DNA of 64,000 nt from a virus, in IMG/VR virus record IMGVR_UViG_3300032309_000911, positions 22,519 through 86,518 of that record. One strand, written 5' to 3'. This document shows, one piece after another, positions 7,234 to 19,229 of the stretch (the first letter of the stretch is position 1; every line of letters begins with the position of its first letter). Made by a program: the position numbers and the translations under genes. The notes under the pieces are model-generated. The model saw only the letters and a program-made list of their open reading frames with translations. It was not told the origin of the DNA and did not search any database.

Positions 7234-9090
7234 ATGGCAAGTAATAAATTAGAAGTATCAGATTTTGATTTTGATAATATAAAAAGCAATTTAAGAACAT
7301 TTTTACAAAGTCAATCAGAATTTTCAGATTATAATTTTGAAGGATCTGGTTTTGCCGTTCTTTTAGACACATTAGCCTATAACACACATTATCTAGGATT
7401 CAACGCTAATATGTTAGCAAACGAAATGTATTTAGATAGTGCTGATATAAGAAAAAATATTGTATCTTTAGCAAAAATGTTAAATTATACTCCATCTTCT
7501 GTCAGAGCTCCTGTAGCAAATTTAAATATCACTGTCAATGATGCAACAGGGTCAACTTTAACATTATCCAAAGGAACAATATTTACAACTTCTGTTTTAG
7601 GAACAACTTATCAATATATAACAAATCAAGATTATACCATTTCTCCTGTAAATGATGTTTACAATTTTTCAAGTGTAAATGTTTATGAAGGAACATTGGT
7701 AACCTATAGATATACAGTAGATAAAAATGATCCTGATCAAAAATTTGTAATCAATAGTTTAAATGCTGACACAACGACACTAAAAGTTTCTATACAAAAC
7801 AGTTCTACAGATACAACTACAAATGTCTATTCATTAGCCGGTGGTTTTAATGGAGTAACAAGTACATCTAATGTTTATTTTTTACAAGAAGGAGAAGAAG
7901 GAAAATTTGAAATTTATTTTGGTGATGGTGTTATAGGTTCTTCTTTATCTGATGGTAATATCATAATATTAGAATATATTGTTACAAACAGAGATCAATC
8001 AAATGGTGCATCTTCTTTTACATTGTCAACTACGATTGGTGGATTTTCGGACATATCTATAGTTACAAATTCAGCATCACAAGGTGGAACAACGGCAGAA
8101 TCTAAAGAGTCAATTCGTTTCAATGCACCTTTAAATTATGCAGCTCAAAACAGAGCTGTAACAACAACTGACTATGAAACGATTGTCAAATCAATTTATC
8201 CAAATGCTTTATCTGTAAGTGCTTGGGGCGGAGAAAATGATGAGACGCCTGTTTATGGTGTTGTAAAAATTGCTATAAAAGCAAAAAGCGGTTCTACACT
8301 TACAAATACAACAAAAGCAAGTATAGTTACAGCATTAAAACCTTACAATGTTGCTTCTGTAAGGCCTGTTATTGTAGATCCTGAAAAAACTTCTATTTTA
8401 ATTACAAGTAATGTAAAATATGATTCAAGATTAACAACAAAAACTTCTGACACTTTAAAATCGGACGTTATTAATACTTTAACAAATTATAACACAGATA
8501 CATTACAAAAATTTGATGGCATATTCAGATATTCCAAAGTTGTAGGTTTAATAGACAATACTGATACTAGTATAGTATCAAACATAACTACTATTAAAAT
8601 ACGAAAAAATTTTACTCCAACTTTAAATTCTTCTACAAGATATGATATCTATTTTAGAAACTCTTTATACAATCCTGTATCTGGTTATAATGCTTCTCAA
8701 GGAGGAATTTTAGAATCAAGTGGTTTTAAAATTAATGGTGATACAACAAACGTTTATTACTTAGATGATGATGGCGTTGGAAATATAAGAAGATATAGAT
8801 TATTGAATGGTGTTAGAACATATGCTAATAATACTCAAGGAACAATTAATTATTCTACAGGCCAAATTACATTAACATCTTTAAATATAACTAATGTAGA
8901 AAATATTAGAAATCAAACATCAACTGCAATTGAATTAACTGTTAAACCAAATTCTAATGATATAGTTCCTGTAAGAGATCAAATCGTAGAAATTGATATA
9001 CAAAATTCTTATATTACAGTTCAATCAGATGCTTTTGTTGGAGGTTCGGCAGAAGCAGGAGTAGGTTACACAACAACAACTAGCTATTAA
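7234..9090 (+). CDS. gp6: Baseplate wedge subunit gp6
   Basis: DFDNIKSNL, DYNFEGSG, LAYNTHY, FGDGVIG and QNRAVTTTDYE motifs. Confidence 0.95.
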   Translation: MASNKLEVSDFDFDNIKSNLRTFLQSQSEFSDYNFEGSGFAVLLDTLAYNTHYLGFNANMLANEMYLDSADIRKNIVSLAKMLNYTPSSVRAPVANLNITVNDATGSTLTLSKGTIFTTSVLGTTYQYITNQDYTISPVNDVYNFSSVNVYEGTLVTYRYTVDKNDPDQKFVINSLNADTTTLKVSIQNSSTDTTTNVYSLAGGFNGVTSTSNVYFLQEGEEGKFEIYFGDGVIGSSLSDGNIIILEYIVTNRDQSNGASSFTLSTTIGGFSDISIVTNSASQGGTTAESKESIRFNAPLNYAAQNRAVTTTDYETIVKSIYPNALSVSAWGGENDETPVYGVVKIAIKAKSGSTLTNTTKASIVTALKPYNVASVRPVIVDPEKTSILITSNVKYDSRLTTKTSDTLKSDVINTLTNYNTDTLQKFDGIFRYSKVVGLIDNTDTSIVSNITTIKIRKNFTPTLNSSTRYDIYFRNSLYNPVSGYNASQGGILESSGFKINGDTTNVYYLDDDGVGNIRRYRLLNGVRTYANNTQGTINYSTGQITLTSLNITNVENIRNQTSTAIELTVKPNSNDIVPVRDQIVEIDIQNSYITVQSDAFVGGSAEAGVGYTTTTSY

Positions 9091-9092
9091 TT

Positions 9093-11606
9093 ATGGCTAA
9101 TTTTAAAAATAAAATATCCAATTTACTTACTTCACAAGTACCTGATTTTGTACTTGAAGATCATCTTAAATTTGTAGAATTTTTAAAAACATATTATACA
9201 TTTATGGAAGCTGCCGAATTGGTGGTTACAAGTGTACAAACAACTGATGGTATAAGACTAGAAACTGAAACTGATCAAGAAAATAATTTATTATTAGATG
9301 GTTCTCGTGTTGAATCTGAAAAAACTATTTTAGATGCTGGCGATAAAATAATTTTAGAAAGTTCTTCTTATGGTAAATTTATTAAAGGAGAAATAGTTAC
9401 AGGACAAACATCAAAAGCAACATCAACCATACTTGCTGAAGATTTAGATAATAATAAATTGTTTGTTGTTGCACAAGACAAATTTATTAAAGGAGAAACA
9501 ATATTAGGTTCTTCTTCTAATGCAAGTGCTGTAATTAATAATTATAGACCAAATCCTGTAAACAATATACAAGAATTATTAAATTTTAGAGATCCTGATA
9601 AAGCAATATCAAACTTTTTAATTAATTTTAGAAATGAATTTTTAGCAACATTACCTGAAAATTTAAATAATAATATTAATAAAAGGAATTTAATTAAAAA
9701 TATAAAATCTTTATATCAATCTAAAGGTACTAAAATAGGTAATGAATTATTTTTTAGATTATTATTTAACGAAGCTTCAGAAACAATTTATCCTAGAGAA
9801 CAAATATTAAGAGTATCTGATGGTAAATTTACAGTTAATAAAATATTAAGATCGTTAGAGTTAGAAGGAGAAACATTAAATTTAATAGGAAGAACTATAA
9901 CTGGTAAAACTTCCGGTGCAACCGCAGTAGTAGAAAACGTAAGTAAATTTCTAATAGGATCTAATACTGTTTCTGAATTTATCTTAAACGAAGATAGTAT
10001 TCAAGGAACATTTTTGATTGGAGAACAAATCAATGGAACAGTAAACGACACAGACGATATTTTAATTAAAGCAACAATTACAGGAATTCCTATTTCACAT
10101 ACAATAACAAATTCAGGAGTTTTGCACGAAGAATCTGAAAATGTATCTATTGTAGGAGGAGGTGAAGGGGCTATAGTACAAACTAAGTCTATAGGTTCAG
10201 GTAGTATTTCTGAAATTATAATTGATAATCCTGGTTTGGGTTACTCAATAGGCGATGAATTAACTTTTGATAATACAAATACAAACGGATCGGGTGCGGC
10301 CGGATTTATTTCAATAGTTAATGGTGGTATTATTTTAGAAGATGGTTCAAACGACAGAATCACTTTAGAAGAAGCGACAACACAAGAAGATACTTATTCA
10401 GGAAATAAATTTGTACAAGAATTTGGTACAGGTATAGGAGATATAACAGATGTTTATCTGTATAATGGTGGTAGTGGATATACAAAATTACCCACAATAA
10501 CTATTTCATCAACAGGTAATAATGCAGTTTTAAAAGCTTACACTACGACTATTGGTAATGTATTAGATTTGAAAATATTAGAATATGGTAAAGGTTATGA
10601 AAATTCTCCAACACCTCCTACTTTAAATTTATATAAAAATTTAATATTAACAAACATTTCAGGAATTTTCATAGAAGGAGAAACAGTAACTACTAGTACT
10701 TCGGTTACAGCAGTTGTTGTTAATTATAATCAAGATACAGGATTATTAGTATTAAAAAATAGTTCAGGAACTATAACACAAAATTTAACAATATCTGGAG
10801 GTTCATCAGGAGCTACAGGTACAATTGCAAGATCAAATTCAGCCACAGCATCTTTGAATATTGGTTCAATTGCTAATACCGAAGGAGTTTATATAAATGA
10901 AGATGGATTTGTTTCTGAAAATACTATAAGAATACAAGACTCTTTATATTATCAAGATTTTTCTTATGTTATAAAAGTTGGCCGTTCTATAACAGAATGG
11001 AGAGATACTTTCAAAAAAACAATGCACACATCAGGTTTTTATCTTACAGGTCAAGTTAATATTAATTCAAGACTAAATGTTAAAGTTAGATTTCCTATAA
11101 TAGGTGCTGTATCTTTACAATCAGAAGAGCCGTTATTCAGTATTCTTAATACTTTATTTTCTACAATATTTGGTAGAAGATTAGGTACTATAGATGATGG
11201 TACAACTTTAAGAGCAAATTCTCAATTAGGTATTAAAGCAGATTTAAACACATCTACTATATCTCCTTTCTCAAATACTACTAGAGATATTACTTTAAAA
11301 AGAGCTCCTATAGGCATTTCTGTAGAATCTAGAGTAAGAGGTATTATTAATGGAACTAAAGTTAATAACGGTTTTGTTTATGCTGGCCCCAGATATGGAA
11401 CTATTAATAGAGAAATTTTTAAAACTTTTGCTTTATCCGGAACAAATTATTCTATTGCAGAATTAAGTAATAATGTTACATTTGGAACTAAAACATCATT
11501 GGACGGTAATGATAATACTCTTTTATTTTCTTCGAGTAATTTAGGCAGAGGTATTAAAACCAAGTTAACTATGCCTTCCGAAATCACTACGATAACCATA
11601 CCATAA
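9093..11606 (+). CDS. gp7: Baseplate wedge initiator gp7-like protein
   Basis: Position after gp6; QVPDFV, LYQSKGT, FFRLLF and IQDSLYYQDFSYVIK motifs. Confidence 0.8.
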   Translation: MANFKNKISNLLTSQVPDFVLEDHLKFVEFLKTYYTFMEAAELVVTSVQTTDGIRLETETDQENNLLLDGSRVESEKTILDAGDKIILESSSYGKFIKGEIVTGQTSKATSTILAEDLDNNKLFVVAQDKFIKGETILGSSSNASAVINNYRPNPVNNIQELLNFRDPDKAISNFLINFRNEFLATLPENLNNNINKRNLIKNIKSLYQSKGTKIGNELFFRLLFNEASETIYPREQILRVSDGKFTVNKILRSLELEGETLNLIGRTITGKTSGATAVVENVSKFLIGSNTVSEFILNEDSIQGTFLIGEQINGTVNDTDDILIKATITGIPISHTITNSGVLHEESENVSIVGGGEGAIVQTKSIGSGSISEIIIDNPGLGYSIGDELTFDNTNTNGSGAAGFISIVNGGIILEDGSNDRITLEEATTQEDTYSGNKFVQEFGTGIGDITDVYLYNGGSGYTKLPTITISSTGNNAVLKAYTTTIGNVLDLKILEYGKGYENSPTPPTLNLYKNLILTNISGIFIEGETVTTSTSVTAVVVNYNQDTGLLVLKNSSGTITQNLTISGGSSGATGTIARSNSATASLNIGSIANTEGVYINEDGFVSENTIRIQDSLYYQDFSYVIKVGRSITEWRDTFKKTMHTSGFYLTGQVNINSRLNVKVRFPIIGAVSLQSEEPLFSILNTLFSTIFGRRLGTIDDGTTLRANSQLGIKADLNTSTISPFSNTTRDITLKRAPIGISVESRVRGIINGTKVNNGFVYAGPRYGTINREIFKTFALSGTNYSIAELSNNVTFGTKTSLDGNDNTLLFSSSNLGRGIKTKLTMPSEITTITIP

Positions 11607-11611
11607 ATGAG

Positions 11612-11648
11612 TATAAATAATAATAAGTTTGAAAAACTTGTATAAATA
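11612..11648 (+). promoter_or_regulatory. Tandem late promoters TATAAATA (11612-11619 and 11641-11648)
   Basis: Two exact consensus copies before gp8. Confidence 0.75.
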
Positions 11649-11666
11649 TAACTAAAGAAATTAAAT

Positions 11667-13136
11667 ATGCCAGCAATTATAACAAATAAATTTAGAATAC
11701 ACAATAGTGAACAATTTGCAGAATCTTTTTCTGAACCAGCGTCTAATCTTTATTATCTAGGAATAGGTAGACCTCAACCATTTGCAACACAAACAAGAGG
11801 TGATCTAAGAACAGATAATCAAGGAACAGATAGTGCATCTATAACTCCAGCAGATAGTATATCGGAAGAATTTTATACATATGATGATTTGCTTGCTGTA
11901 AAAAAAATTACAGCATCAGACGTATCTTATGTAATACCTAGAAGAAACTGGACAACAGGAACAACTTACGACATCTATAGAAACGATTACGGCAATAGAA
12001 TTACAGGAACAACAACAACTCAAACTTCAAATAGTGGTGCAACAACTTTATTTGATGCTACTTTTTATGTTTTAACAGCAGATAGAAATGTTTATAAATG
12101 TTTAAACAATAATAACAATTCTGCTTCAACAACAGAACCAACAGGAACTTCTATTAATATTATAACAACAGCTGATGGTTATAAGTGGAAATATATGTAC
12201 ACTTTGACAGCTTCACAACAAGCAAATTTTTTATCAACAGATTTTATGGCTGTAGCAACAAATGCTACAGTATCATCCGCTGCTGTAGATGGCGCTATCA
12301 ACATTGTAAAAATTAAATCTGCTGGTTCAGGTGGAACAAACGGAACATATACAAGTATTCCAATTCGTGGAGATGGTTCTTCAGGAACAGTTACAGTTGT
12401 GGTTTCGGGTGGAGCAGTAACATCAGTTACTGTTACAAATATAGGAACAGGTTATACTATTGCTTATATTCGTAATGCAGATATAGTTTCTGCTGGTGCT
12501 ACAGGTTTATCAGGTGCTGAATTAGATTGTATTGTAGAACACAAAGGCGGACACGGTTTTGATGCTGTAAAAGAATTGGGTGGATTTTTTGTAATGTTAA
12601 ACGTAAATTTAGAAGGAACGGAATCTTCAAATACTGGAGATTTCACTTCTGAAAACGATTTTAGAAGAATAGTATTAATAAGAGATCCATATTCTAGTGG
12701 AACAGCTGCTAGCGCTACAACATTAAGAGCAACAAAAGCAGTTAGATTTGCTTCATCACCAACTCCAGGAACTTTTCAAGTAGATGAAAAAATATCTCAA
12801 GCGACAACAGGTGCTGTAGGAAAAGTTGTTGAGTGGGACGCTACTAATAGAATATTACATTACATACAAACTAGATTCAATGATGAGGGTCTTGATAGTA
12901 ATGGTAATTTAACAGCGTTTAGCGGAGCAAACGTTATTACAGGAGCAACTTCAAGTGCTACAGGAACTCCAAGTTCAGTTGCAAGTGAAACTGCCGACCA
13001 AATTACGTTTACTAATGGTTATAAAGGATCAGAGTTGGACAGACATAAAGGTGATGTGTTATATATTGAAAATAGAGCACCAATAACAAGAGCATCCGAC
13101 CAAACTGAGAATATTAAATTAGTAATTGAGTTTTAG
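11667..13136 (+). CDS. gp8: Baseplate wedge subunit gp8
   Basis: MPAIITNKFR, IPRRNW, VYKCLNN, DGYKWKYMY and QTENIKLVIEF motifs. Confidence 0.93.
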   Translation: MPAIITNKFRIHNSEQFAESFSEPASNLYYLGIGRPQPFATQTRGDLRTDNQGTDSASITPADSISEEFYTYDDLLAVKKITASDVSYVIPRRNWTTGTTYDIYRNDYGNRITGTTTTQTSNSGATTLFDATFYVLTADRNVYKCLNNNNNSASTTEPTGTSINIITTADGYKWKYMYTLTASQQANFLSTDFMAVATNATVSSAAVDGAINIVKIKSAGSGGTNGTYTSIPIRGDGSSGTVTVVVSGGAVTSVTVTNIGTGYTIAYIRNADIVSAGATGLSGAELDCIVEHKGGHGFDAVKELGGFFVMLNVNLEGTESSNTGDFTSENDFRRIVLIRDPYSSGTAASATTLRATKAVRFASSPTPGTFQVDEKISQATTGAVGKVVEWDATNRILHYIQTRFNDEGLDSNGNLTAFSGANVITGATSSATGTPSSVASETADQITFTNGYKGSELDRHKGDVLYIENRAPITRASDQTENIKLVIEF

Positions 13137-13144
13137 GGAGAAAT

Positions 13145-16100
13145 ATGCCAAGTCCAACAGACTTTAACCTTTCGCCTTATTTTGATGATTATAATGAGTC
13201 GAAAAAATTTCATAGAATATTGTATAGACCTTCTTTTGCTGTACAAGCTAGAGAATTAACACAATCTCAATCAATTCTTCAAAATCAAATTGAAAGAGTA
13301 TCCGATCACCTTTTTGAAAAAGGAACAATGGTTATTCCTGGTGAAATTGGATTTGATCTGAATTATTATGCTGTTAAATTAACATCTAAAACATATTCTT
13401 CAATATCAGATTATATTGGTAAACAATTAACAGGTGTTACATCAGGCGTTATAGGTATTTGTGTTAATGCTGTTGCTAATGATGGAACAGATCCTGATAC
13501 TTTATATGTAAAATACAATAAAACAGGAACAAATAATACTTCTGTTGCATTTTCTAACGGAGAAACAATTAATGCTACGGCAATCGGTAGCGTTACTGTT
13601 TTAGCATCAGCTGTTGTAAATTCTACAGCAACAGGTTCAGCAGCCAATATTGCAGAAGGTGTTTATTACATTAACGGTTTTCATGTATCTGTAACAGAAC
13701 AAACTTTAATTTTAGACAAATATACAAACACACCTAGTTACAGAGTAGGTTTAACTATTACTGAAAGTTTTATAACACCAAATGATGATGTCTCTTTAGT
13801 TGATAATGCTCAAGGTTCTTCAAATGCAAATGCACCAGGAGCTCATAGATTCAAAATAGATTTAACATTAGCTAAAAGAACATTAACATCAACTGATGAT
13901 TCTAATTTTGTAGAATTATTAAGATTATCAAATGGTATTAGATTAAATCAAGTTACTAGAACTAATTATGCTGTATTAGAAGATAATATGGCGAGAAGAA
14001 CGTATGATGAATCAGGAGACTACACTGTTAGAGATTTTGATTTAGATATTAGAGAACATATTGTTGATGGTAATAATAGAGGTATATACACTTTAGCACA
14101 AGGTGGAAATCCAGCAAAATTAGCGATAGGTGTTGGTCCAGGTAAAGCTTATGTTAAAGGATATGAAATAGAAACTATTGGAACAACTTTTATAGATTCT
14201 GATAAAGCAAGAGATTACGATTCCGAAAATAATTTTAATACAAGATTTGATGTAGAAAATTATGTTAATGTAACTAACGTATATGGAACTCCTGATATAG
14301 GATTTGTATCTAGCGATGTTGAGGCATTTAAAAATGTAAATTTATATGATACGGCAACATCTTCAAGAGGTACTGAACAATCTACAACAGGTGTAACTGT
14401 ACCACAAATAGGTAGAGCTAAATCAAAAGGATTTGAATTAAATAGTGGTACGGCAAGTTCTAATATATTTGCTAGCTCTTCTTTAACAAACGCTGTTTAT
14501 AAACATTATCTATTTGATATAGAAATGTTTACTCATTTAAATATTAAAACAGCAGTAGATTTTACCGATGGAGAAAAAGTAACAGGAGGAACTTCAGGTG
14601 CTTATGGATATGTTCAATCTTTAGATTCAACAAAATCTTCAGCAGTAACAAGTATTTCTGTTGCAAATCCTGGAGTTGTAACTTTAAGTTCACATTCTTT
14701 TAAAGAAGGACAACAAATTACTTTAACTGGTGGTTCTTTTAGTATTGACTCTGTTGCATATTCTAGCGGTACAGTATTTACTGTAAAAAATCCAACAACA
14801 AACACTTTTCAATTATATAATTCTGCCGGAACATCTACAGTAAACGTAACTGCTTATAGTTCAGCTCCAACAGCTGCACATGGAGTTGTTGTACTTAATA
14901 ATGTAACAGGAATTTTTGTTGCTGGTGAAACAATAACAGGAAACACTTCTTCATTAACAGCTGTTATTCAAGATAATAGATATGGATTTAATGGTGTACA
15001 AACTTTTGATTTTACTTCAGTAAAACAAATTGGTATGTCCGGTTCTCCAACATATACTTCTGATGTTTCTACAGATTCAACTTATGGTGATAATTATACA
15101 CTGTTTGGTTCATTGTCAGTAGCAAATAGTGGAACAACAGTTACAGGATTTGGTACACTATTTAGTGCTGAATTAAGAGTTGGAGATAGTATAACATTTA
15201 CTACTGATGCGGGAAGTTCTATAACTAGAATAATTGAATCTATTTCTTCCAATACAAGTTTACAATTATTAACTGCTGTTGGTGGTTCAGATGTATCTAC
15301 AAAAACAATTGCAGTTAGAAAACGAGGAAAATTACAAGGTTCAAATAAAAATATTTCAATATTTGAATTGCCTTATAGTGTTATAAAAACATTAAAAACT
15401 ACAGCTAATGGTGGAATTACAGATACAAATTTTAAAGTAAGACGACACTTTACAACAACATTATCTTCAGGAAGTGCAACAATAACTGCTGGAACAAATG
15501 AAATATTTTCAAGTTTAACTGAAAAAGATTTCTCTGTTTCTATAATGAGTATTGGTTCAGCAACAGCAGGTGCAGTAGGAGATGTTTTAAGTCTTTCAGG
15601 AAATAACCATAATGGTAGTGCTATATTTACATTAGGTGGTTCTCCTACAGGAAAAACTTTAACTTTAAATTTTGGAACAAATTATTCTAATGCTAAAATT
15701 AAAATATTAGCAACAGTTAATCGTTCAGTTGCAGGTTCCAAAACAAAAACACTTAATGCAAATTCTACAAAACAAGTATCTAGTCAATCAGAAATAGAAT
15801 CTGGTATTATTAGTTTAGGAAAAGCAGATATTTACGTTATTAATAATATTTACATGTCAGCAAATTTTTCAACTAATGCTACAACTTCAGATACAAATGT
15901 TACTGCTAGATTTATTTTAGATAACGGACAAAGAGATAATTTTTACGACATAGGTAGAATTAAATTAAAAACAGGAGCTATAACTCCAACTGGCCGTTTA
16001 TTAATAGATTTCGATTACTATTCTCATGGTTCAGGAGATTATTTTGACGTAGATTCTTATTCAGGTTCTTCTGATTATGAAAATATAACTGAATATACTT

Positions 16101-19100
16101 CTGATACTACAGGCAAAACATATAAATTGAGAGATTGTTTAGATTTTAGACCGAGAGTTGATGACGCATCAACAATAACAAGTTCAGGACAAGATAGACA
16201 ATATAGCGGAACAGGAGCTTCAACTATAGATATAGTTCAATTTGGTTCTGATGTTAGTACCGATTTAGAATATTATTTGCCAAGAATAGATAAAGTATTT
16301 TTAGATAAAGATGGAAATTTAAAAATAGTAAAAGGTTCTAGTTCTTTAAATCCTCAAGTACCTAAAGGTCTTGAAAATGCTATGCACCTTTACACTATAT
16401 TTTTAAATGCTTATACTTTAAGTACTTCAGATTTAAAAATCAAAAAAATAGATAATAAACGATATACTATGAGAGATATTGGTGCTTTAGAAAAAAGAAT
16501 TTCTAATGTTGAATATTACACACAATTATCTTTATTGGAAGCAAATGCTCAATCATTACAAATACAAGATGCTGAAGGATTTGACAGATTCAAAAATGGA
16601 TTTATTGTAGATAATTTTACAGGTCATGGTATAGGAGATGTAGGAAATTTAGATTACAAATGTTCTATGGATATGGCAGGTGGATATGTAAGGCCTATGT
16701 TTAATTCTGAATCGGTACAATTAACAGAAGCTACTAACGAAGGAAATACTACAGTTACAAACACTAACAGATCATCAGCTAATTATCAAAAAACAGGAGA
16801 TTTAATTACTCTACCTTATACAGAAACAACTTTAATAAATCAACCTTATGCTAGCAAATATATTAATGTAAATCCTTTTAACGTATTTACATGGGCAGGT
16901 TCTGTTACACTTGATCCTCCAGGAGATGAATGGAAAGAAACTAACAGAGCGCCTGATTTAATAATAAATGAACAAGGCGGTTTCGATACTATGGTTTCTA
17001 ATCTAGGAAATCCTAATTTAGAAAGTGTTGAAATTGATACTGTATGGAATGAATGGCAAGATTTCTGGCAAGGAACTCCTTCAGAATCTACAGAACAAAC
17101 TAATTCATATATAGGAAGAGTTGGAGGAACAACTGTTAGATTTGGTGATTTTACAACTACTACAGCACAACAAATTTCTCAAACAAGAACAGGTATCAGA
17201 TCAGCTATAGTTCCTCAAGTTGTAAGAACATCTTTAGGAGATAAAATAGTTAATATTGCATTTATACCTTTTATTAGAAGTAGAACTATCAATTTTACAG
17301 CTACTAGATTAAAACCAAATACAAGATTGTATCCTTTCTTTGATAATATTTCTATTACGCCTTATGTTACGCCTACAGGTGGTTCATTAGGTGGAAATTT
17401 AGTAACGGATTCTAATGGTGCAGTATCAGGAACTTTTATCATACCTGATGCAACTGTAAATTCTAATCCTAGATGGAGAACAGGTCAAAGATTATTCAGA
17501 TTAACAAGTTCATCTACAAATTCTTCTTCAGATGTTGAAACTTCAGCTGAAGCAGATTATATAGCTAAAGGTTCTTTAGAAACAGTACAAAACACAATTG
17601 TGTCAACGAGAGAACCTCAATTAGTTAGACAAACTGTTAGCGATACTAGAAATATTACTAGAACATCTACAAGAACAACAACAGAAGTTATACAATGGAT
17701 TGATCCAATAGCTCAAACTTTCTTAGTTGATGATACAGGTGGTGTATTTGTAACATCTATTGAAACATATTTTCAATCAAAAGATTCTAATATTCCAGTT
17801 ACATTACAAATTAGAGAAGTTATAAATGGAACTCCATCAAGAACAATTGTTCCTTTTGGTGAGGTTGTATTAAATCCTAGTCAAGTAAGTATTAGTGATG
17901 ATGCTACGGTTTCTACTAAATTTAGTTTTCCTTCTCCTGTTTACTTACAAGAAAAAACTGAATATGCTTTTTGTCTATTAAGTAATTGTAATAACTATAA
18001 TGCTTTTGTTGCAAGATTAGGAGATACACAAATAGGATCAGATAGAACAATATCTCAAAACCCTTATGCAGGTGTTTTATTTAAATCTCAAAACGGTTCT
18101 ACTTGGACACCAGAACAGATGGAAGATATTAAATTTAAAATTAATAGAGCTGAATTTGAAAATGCAACTGGTACTGTTACTTTAGTAAATGATATTTTAC
18201 CTACAAGAACACTGCCTACTAATTCTTTAAGAACAACAAATAGTTCAGGTGTAATTAGAGTATTCCATAAAAATCACGGTATGCACGGCACATCAAACAA
18301 TGTTACTATTGCAGGAGTTGCTGCTGGCACTTATAATGGTATCACTCACACACAAATTAATGGAACATACACAAGTATTTCTAATGTAACTTTAGACAGT
18401 TATGATATTACAACGGTTGGAACTGCAACTGCTACAGGAGATATTGGCGGTTCAACAGTTACAGTTACTCAAAATAGATTATTTGATGTTGCTTGTTTAA
18501 ATTTATCAACATTAACAGTTCCAGGAACAACTATAAATTATACTATGAGAACAACTACTGGTAAATCAATACATGGTACAGAAACAGAATTCAATTTAGC
18601 TGCTGCTTCTGACTTTATAAATGTAAATACAGGAGACAACATTTACTTTACATCTCCTCAATTAGTTGCAAGTTCTATAAATGAAACAAATGAAATGGCA
18701 GGAAATAAATCTTTGTTTGTTAATCTAACTTTAACTACATCTAACACTAAACTTTCTCCTGTGTTAGATACTAAACGTATTAGTATGGTTGCTGTGCAAA
18801 ATAGATTAAATAATCCAACATCAGGAAATACACCAAATTATATTTCAGACACAGCTTCAACAGGAACATCATCAGCTGCCGTTTATTTAACACGATCTGT
18901 AGTTTTAGAAAATGCTTCTACATCATTAGACGTTAGACTAACTCAAAATGTTAGATCAAGTTCTTCTGTTAAAGTTTATTACAGAACAACAAGTGCTTCT
19001 GAAGTTAGAAATATAAATGATTTATCTTGGGTTCCATTTAATATAGATGGTGGTGAAGATATTTCTGTAACGCCTTCGGAAGATGATTTTACGTTTAAAG

Positions 19101-19228
19101 AATACAAATATTCAGTAACAGGAATTAAAGAATTTACAGCATTTCAAATTAAAATAGTTATGAAAGGGTCGATTTCTTCTTATCCTCCAATTATAAGAGA
19201 TTTAAGAGGAATCGCTTTAGCGGCTTAA
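13145..19228 (+). CDS. Large virion structural protein (DUF4815/VrlC-like, tail or baseplate)
   Basis: PYFDDY, QARELTQSQSILQNQIE, APGAHR, RFKNGFIVDNF, DPIAQTF and IRDLRGIALA; typical of the gene after gp8 in marine T4-like phages. Confidence 0.85.
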   Translation: MPSPTDFNLSPYFDDYNESKKFHRILYRPSFAVQARELTQSQSILQNQIERVSDHLFEKGTMVIPGEIGFDLNYYAVKLTSKTYSSISDYIGKQLTGVTSGVIGICVNAVANDGTDPDTLYVKYNKTGTNNTSVAFSNGETINATAIGSVTVLASAVVNSTATGSAANIAEGVYYINGFHVSVTEQTLILDKYTNTPSYRVGLTITESFITPNDDVSLVDNAQGSSNANAPGAHRFKIDLTLAKRTLTSTDDSNFVELLRLSNGIRLNQVTRTNYAVLEDNMARRTYDESGDYTVRDFDLDIREHIVDGNNRGIYTLAQGGNPAKLAIGVGPGKAYVKGYEIETIGTTFIDSDKARDYDSENNFNTRFDVENYVNVTNVYGTPDIGFVSSDVEAFKNVNLYDTATSSRGTEQSTTGVTVPQIGRAKSKGFELNSGTASSNIFASSSLTNAVYKHYLFDIEMFTHLNIKTAVDFTDGEKVTGGTSGAYGYVQSLDSTKSSAVTSISVANPGVVTLSSHSFKEGQQITLTGGSFSIDSVAYSSGTVFTVKNPTTNTFQLYNSAGTSTVNVTAYSSAPTAAHGVVVLNNVTGIFVAGETITGNTSSLTAVIQDNRYGFNGVQTFDFTSVKQIGMSGSPTYTSDVSTDSTYGDNYTLFGSLSVANSGTTVTGFGTLFSAELRVGDSITFTTDAGSSITRIIESISSNTSLQLLTAVGGSDVSTKTIAVRKRGKLQGSNKNISIFELPYSVIKTLKTTANGGITDTNFKVRRHFTTTLSSGSATITAGTNEIFSSLTEKDFSVSIMSIGSATAGAVGDVLSLSGNNHNGSAIFTLGGSPTGKTLTLNFGTNYSNAKIKILATVNRSVAGSKTKTLNANSTKQVSSQSEIESGIISLGKADIYVINNIYMSANFSTNATTSDTNVTARFILDNGQRDNFYDIGRIKLKTGAITPTGRLLIDFDYYSHGSGDYFDVDSYSGSSDYENITEYTSDTTGKTYKLRDCLDFRPRVDDASTITSSGQDRQYSGTGASTIDIVQFGSDVSTDLEYYLPRIDKVFLDKDGNLKIVKGSSSLNPQVPKGLENAMHLYTIFLNAYTLSTSDLKIKKIDNKRYTMRDIGALEKRISNVEYYTQLSLLEANAQSLQIQDAEGFDRFKNGFIVDNFTGHGIGDVGNLDYKCSMDMAGGYVRPMFNSESVQLTEATNEGNTTVTNTNRSSANYQKTGDLITLPYTETTLINQPYASKYINVNPFNVFTWAGSVTLDPPGDEWKETNRAPDLIINEQGGFDTMVSNLGNPNLESVEIDTVWNEWQDFWQGTPSESTEQTNSYIGRVGGTTVRFGDFTTTTAQQISQTRTGIRSAIVPQVVRTSLGDKIVNIAFIPFIRSRTINFTATRLKPNTRLYPFFDNISITPYVTPTGGSLGGNLVTDSNGAVSGTFIIPDATVNSNPRWRTGQRLFRLTSSSTNSSSDVETSAEADYIAKGSLETVQNTIVSTREPQLVRQTVSDTRNITRTSTRTTTEVIQWIDPIAQTFLVDDTGGVFVTSIETYFQSKDSNIPVTLQIREVINGTPSRTIVPFGEVVLNPSQVSISDDATVSTKFSFPSPVYLQEKTEYAFCLLSNCNNYNAFVARLGDTQIGSDRTISQNPYAGVLFKSQNGSTWTPEQMEDIKFKINRAEFENATGTVTLVNDILPTRTLPTNSLRTTNSSGVIRVFHKNHGMHGTSNNVTIAGVAAGTYNGITHTQINGTYTSISNVTLDSYDITTVGTATATGDIGGSTVTVTQNRLFDVACLNLSTLTVPGTTINYTMRTTTGKSIHGTETEFNLAAASDFINVNTGDNIYFTSPQLVASSINETNEMAGNKSLFVNLTLTTSNTKLSPVLDTKRISMVAVQNRLNNPTSGNTPNYISDTASTGTSSAAVYLTRSVVLENASTSLDVRLTQNVRSSSSVKVYYRTTSASEVRNINDLSWVPFNIDGGEDISVTPSEDDFTFKEYKYSVTGIKEFTAFQIKIVMKGSISSYPPIIRDLRGIALAA

Positions 19229-19229
19229 T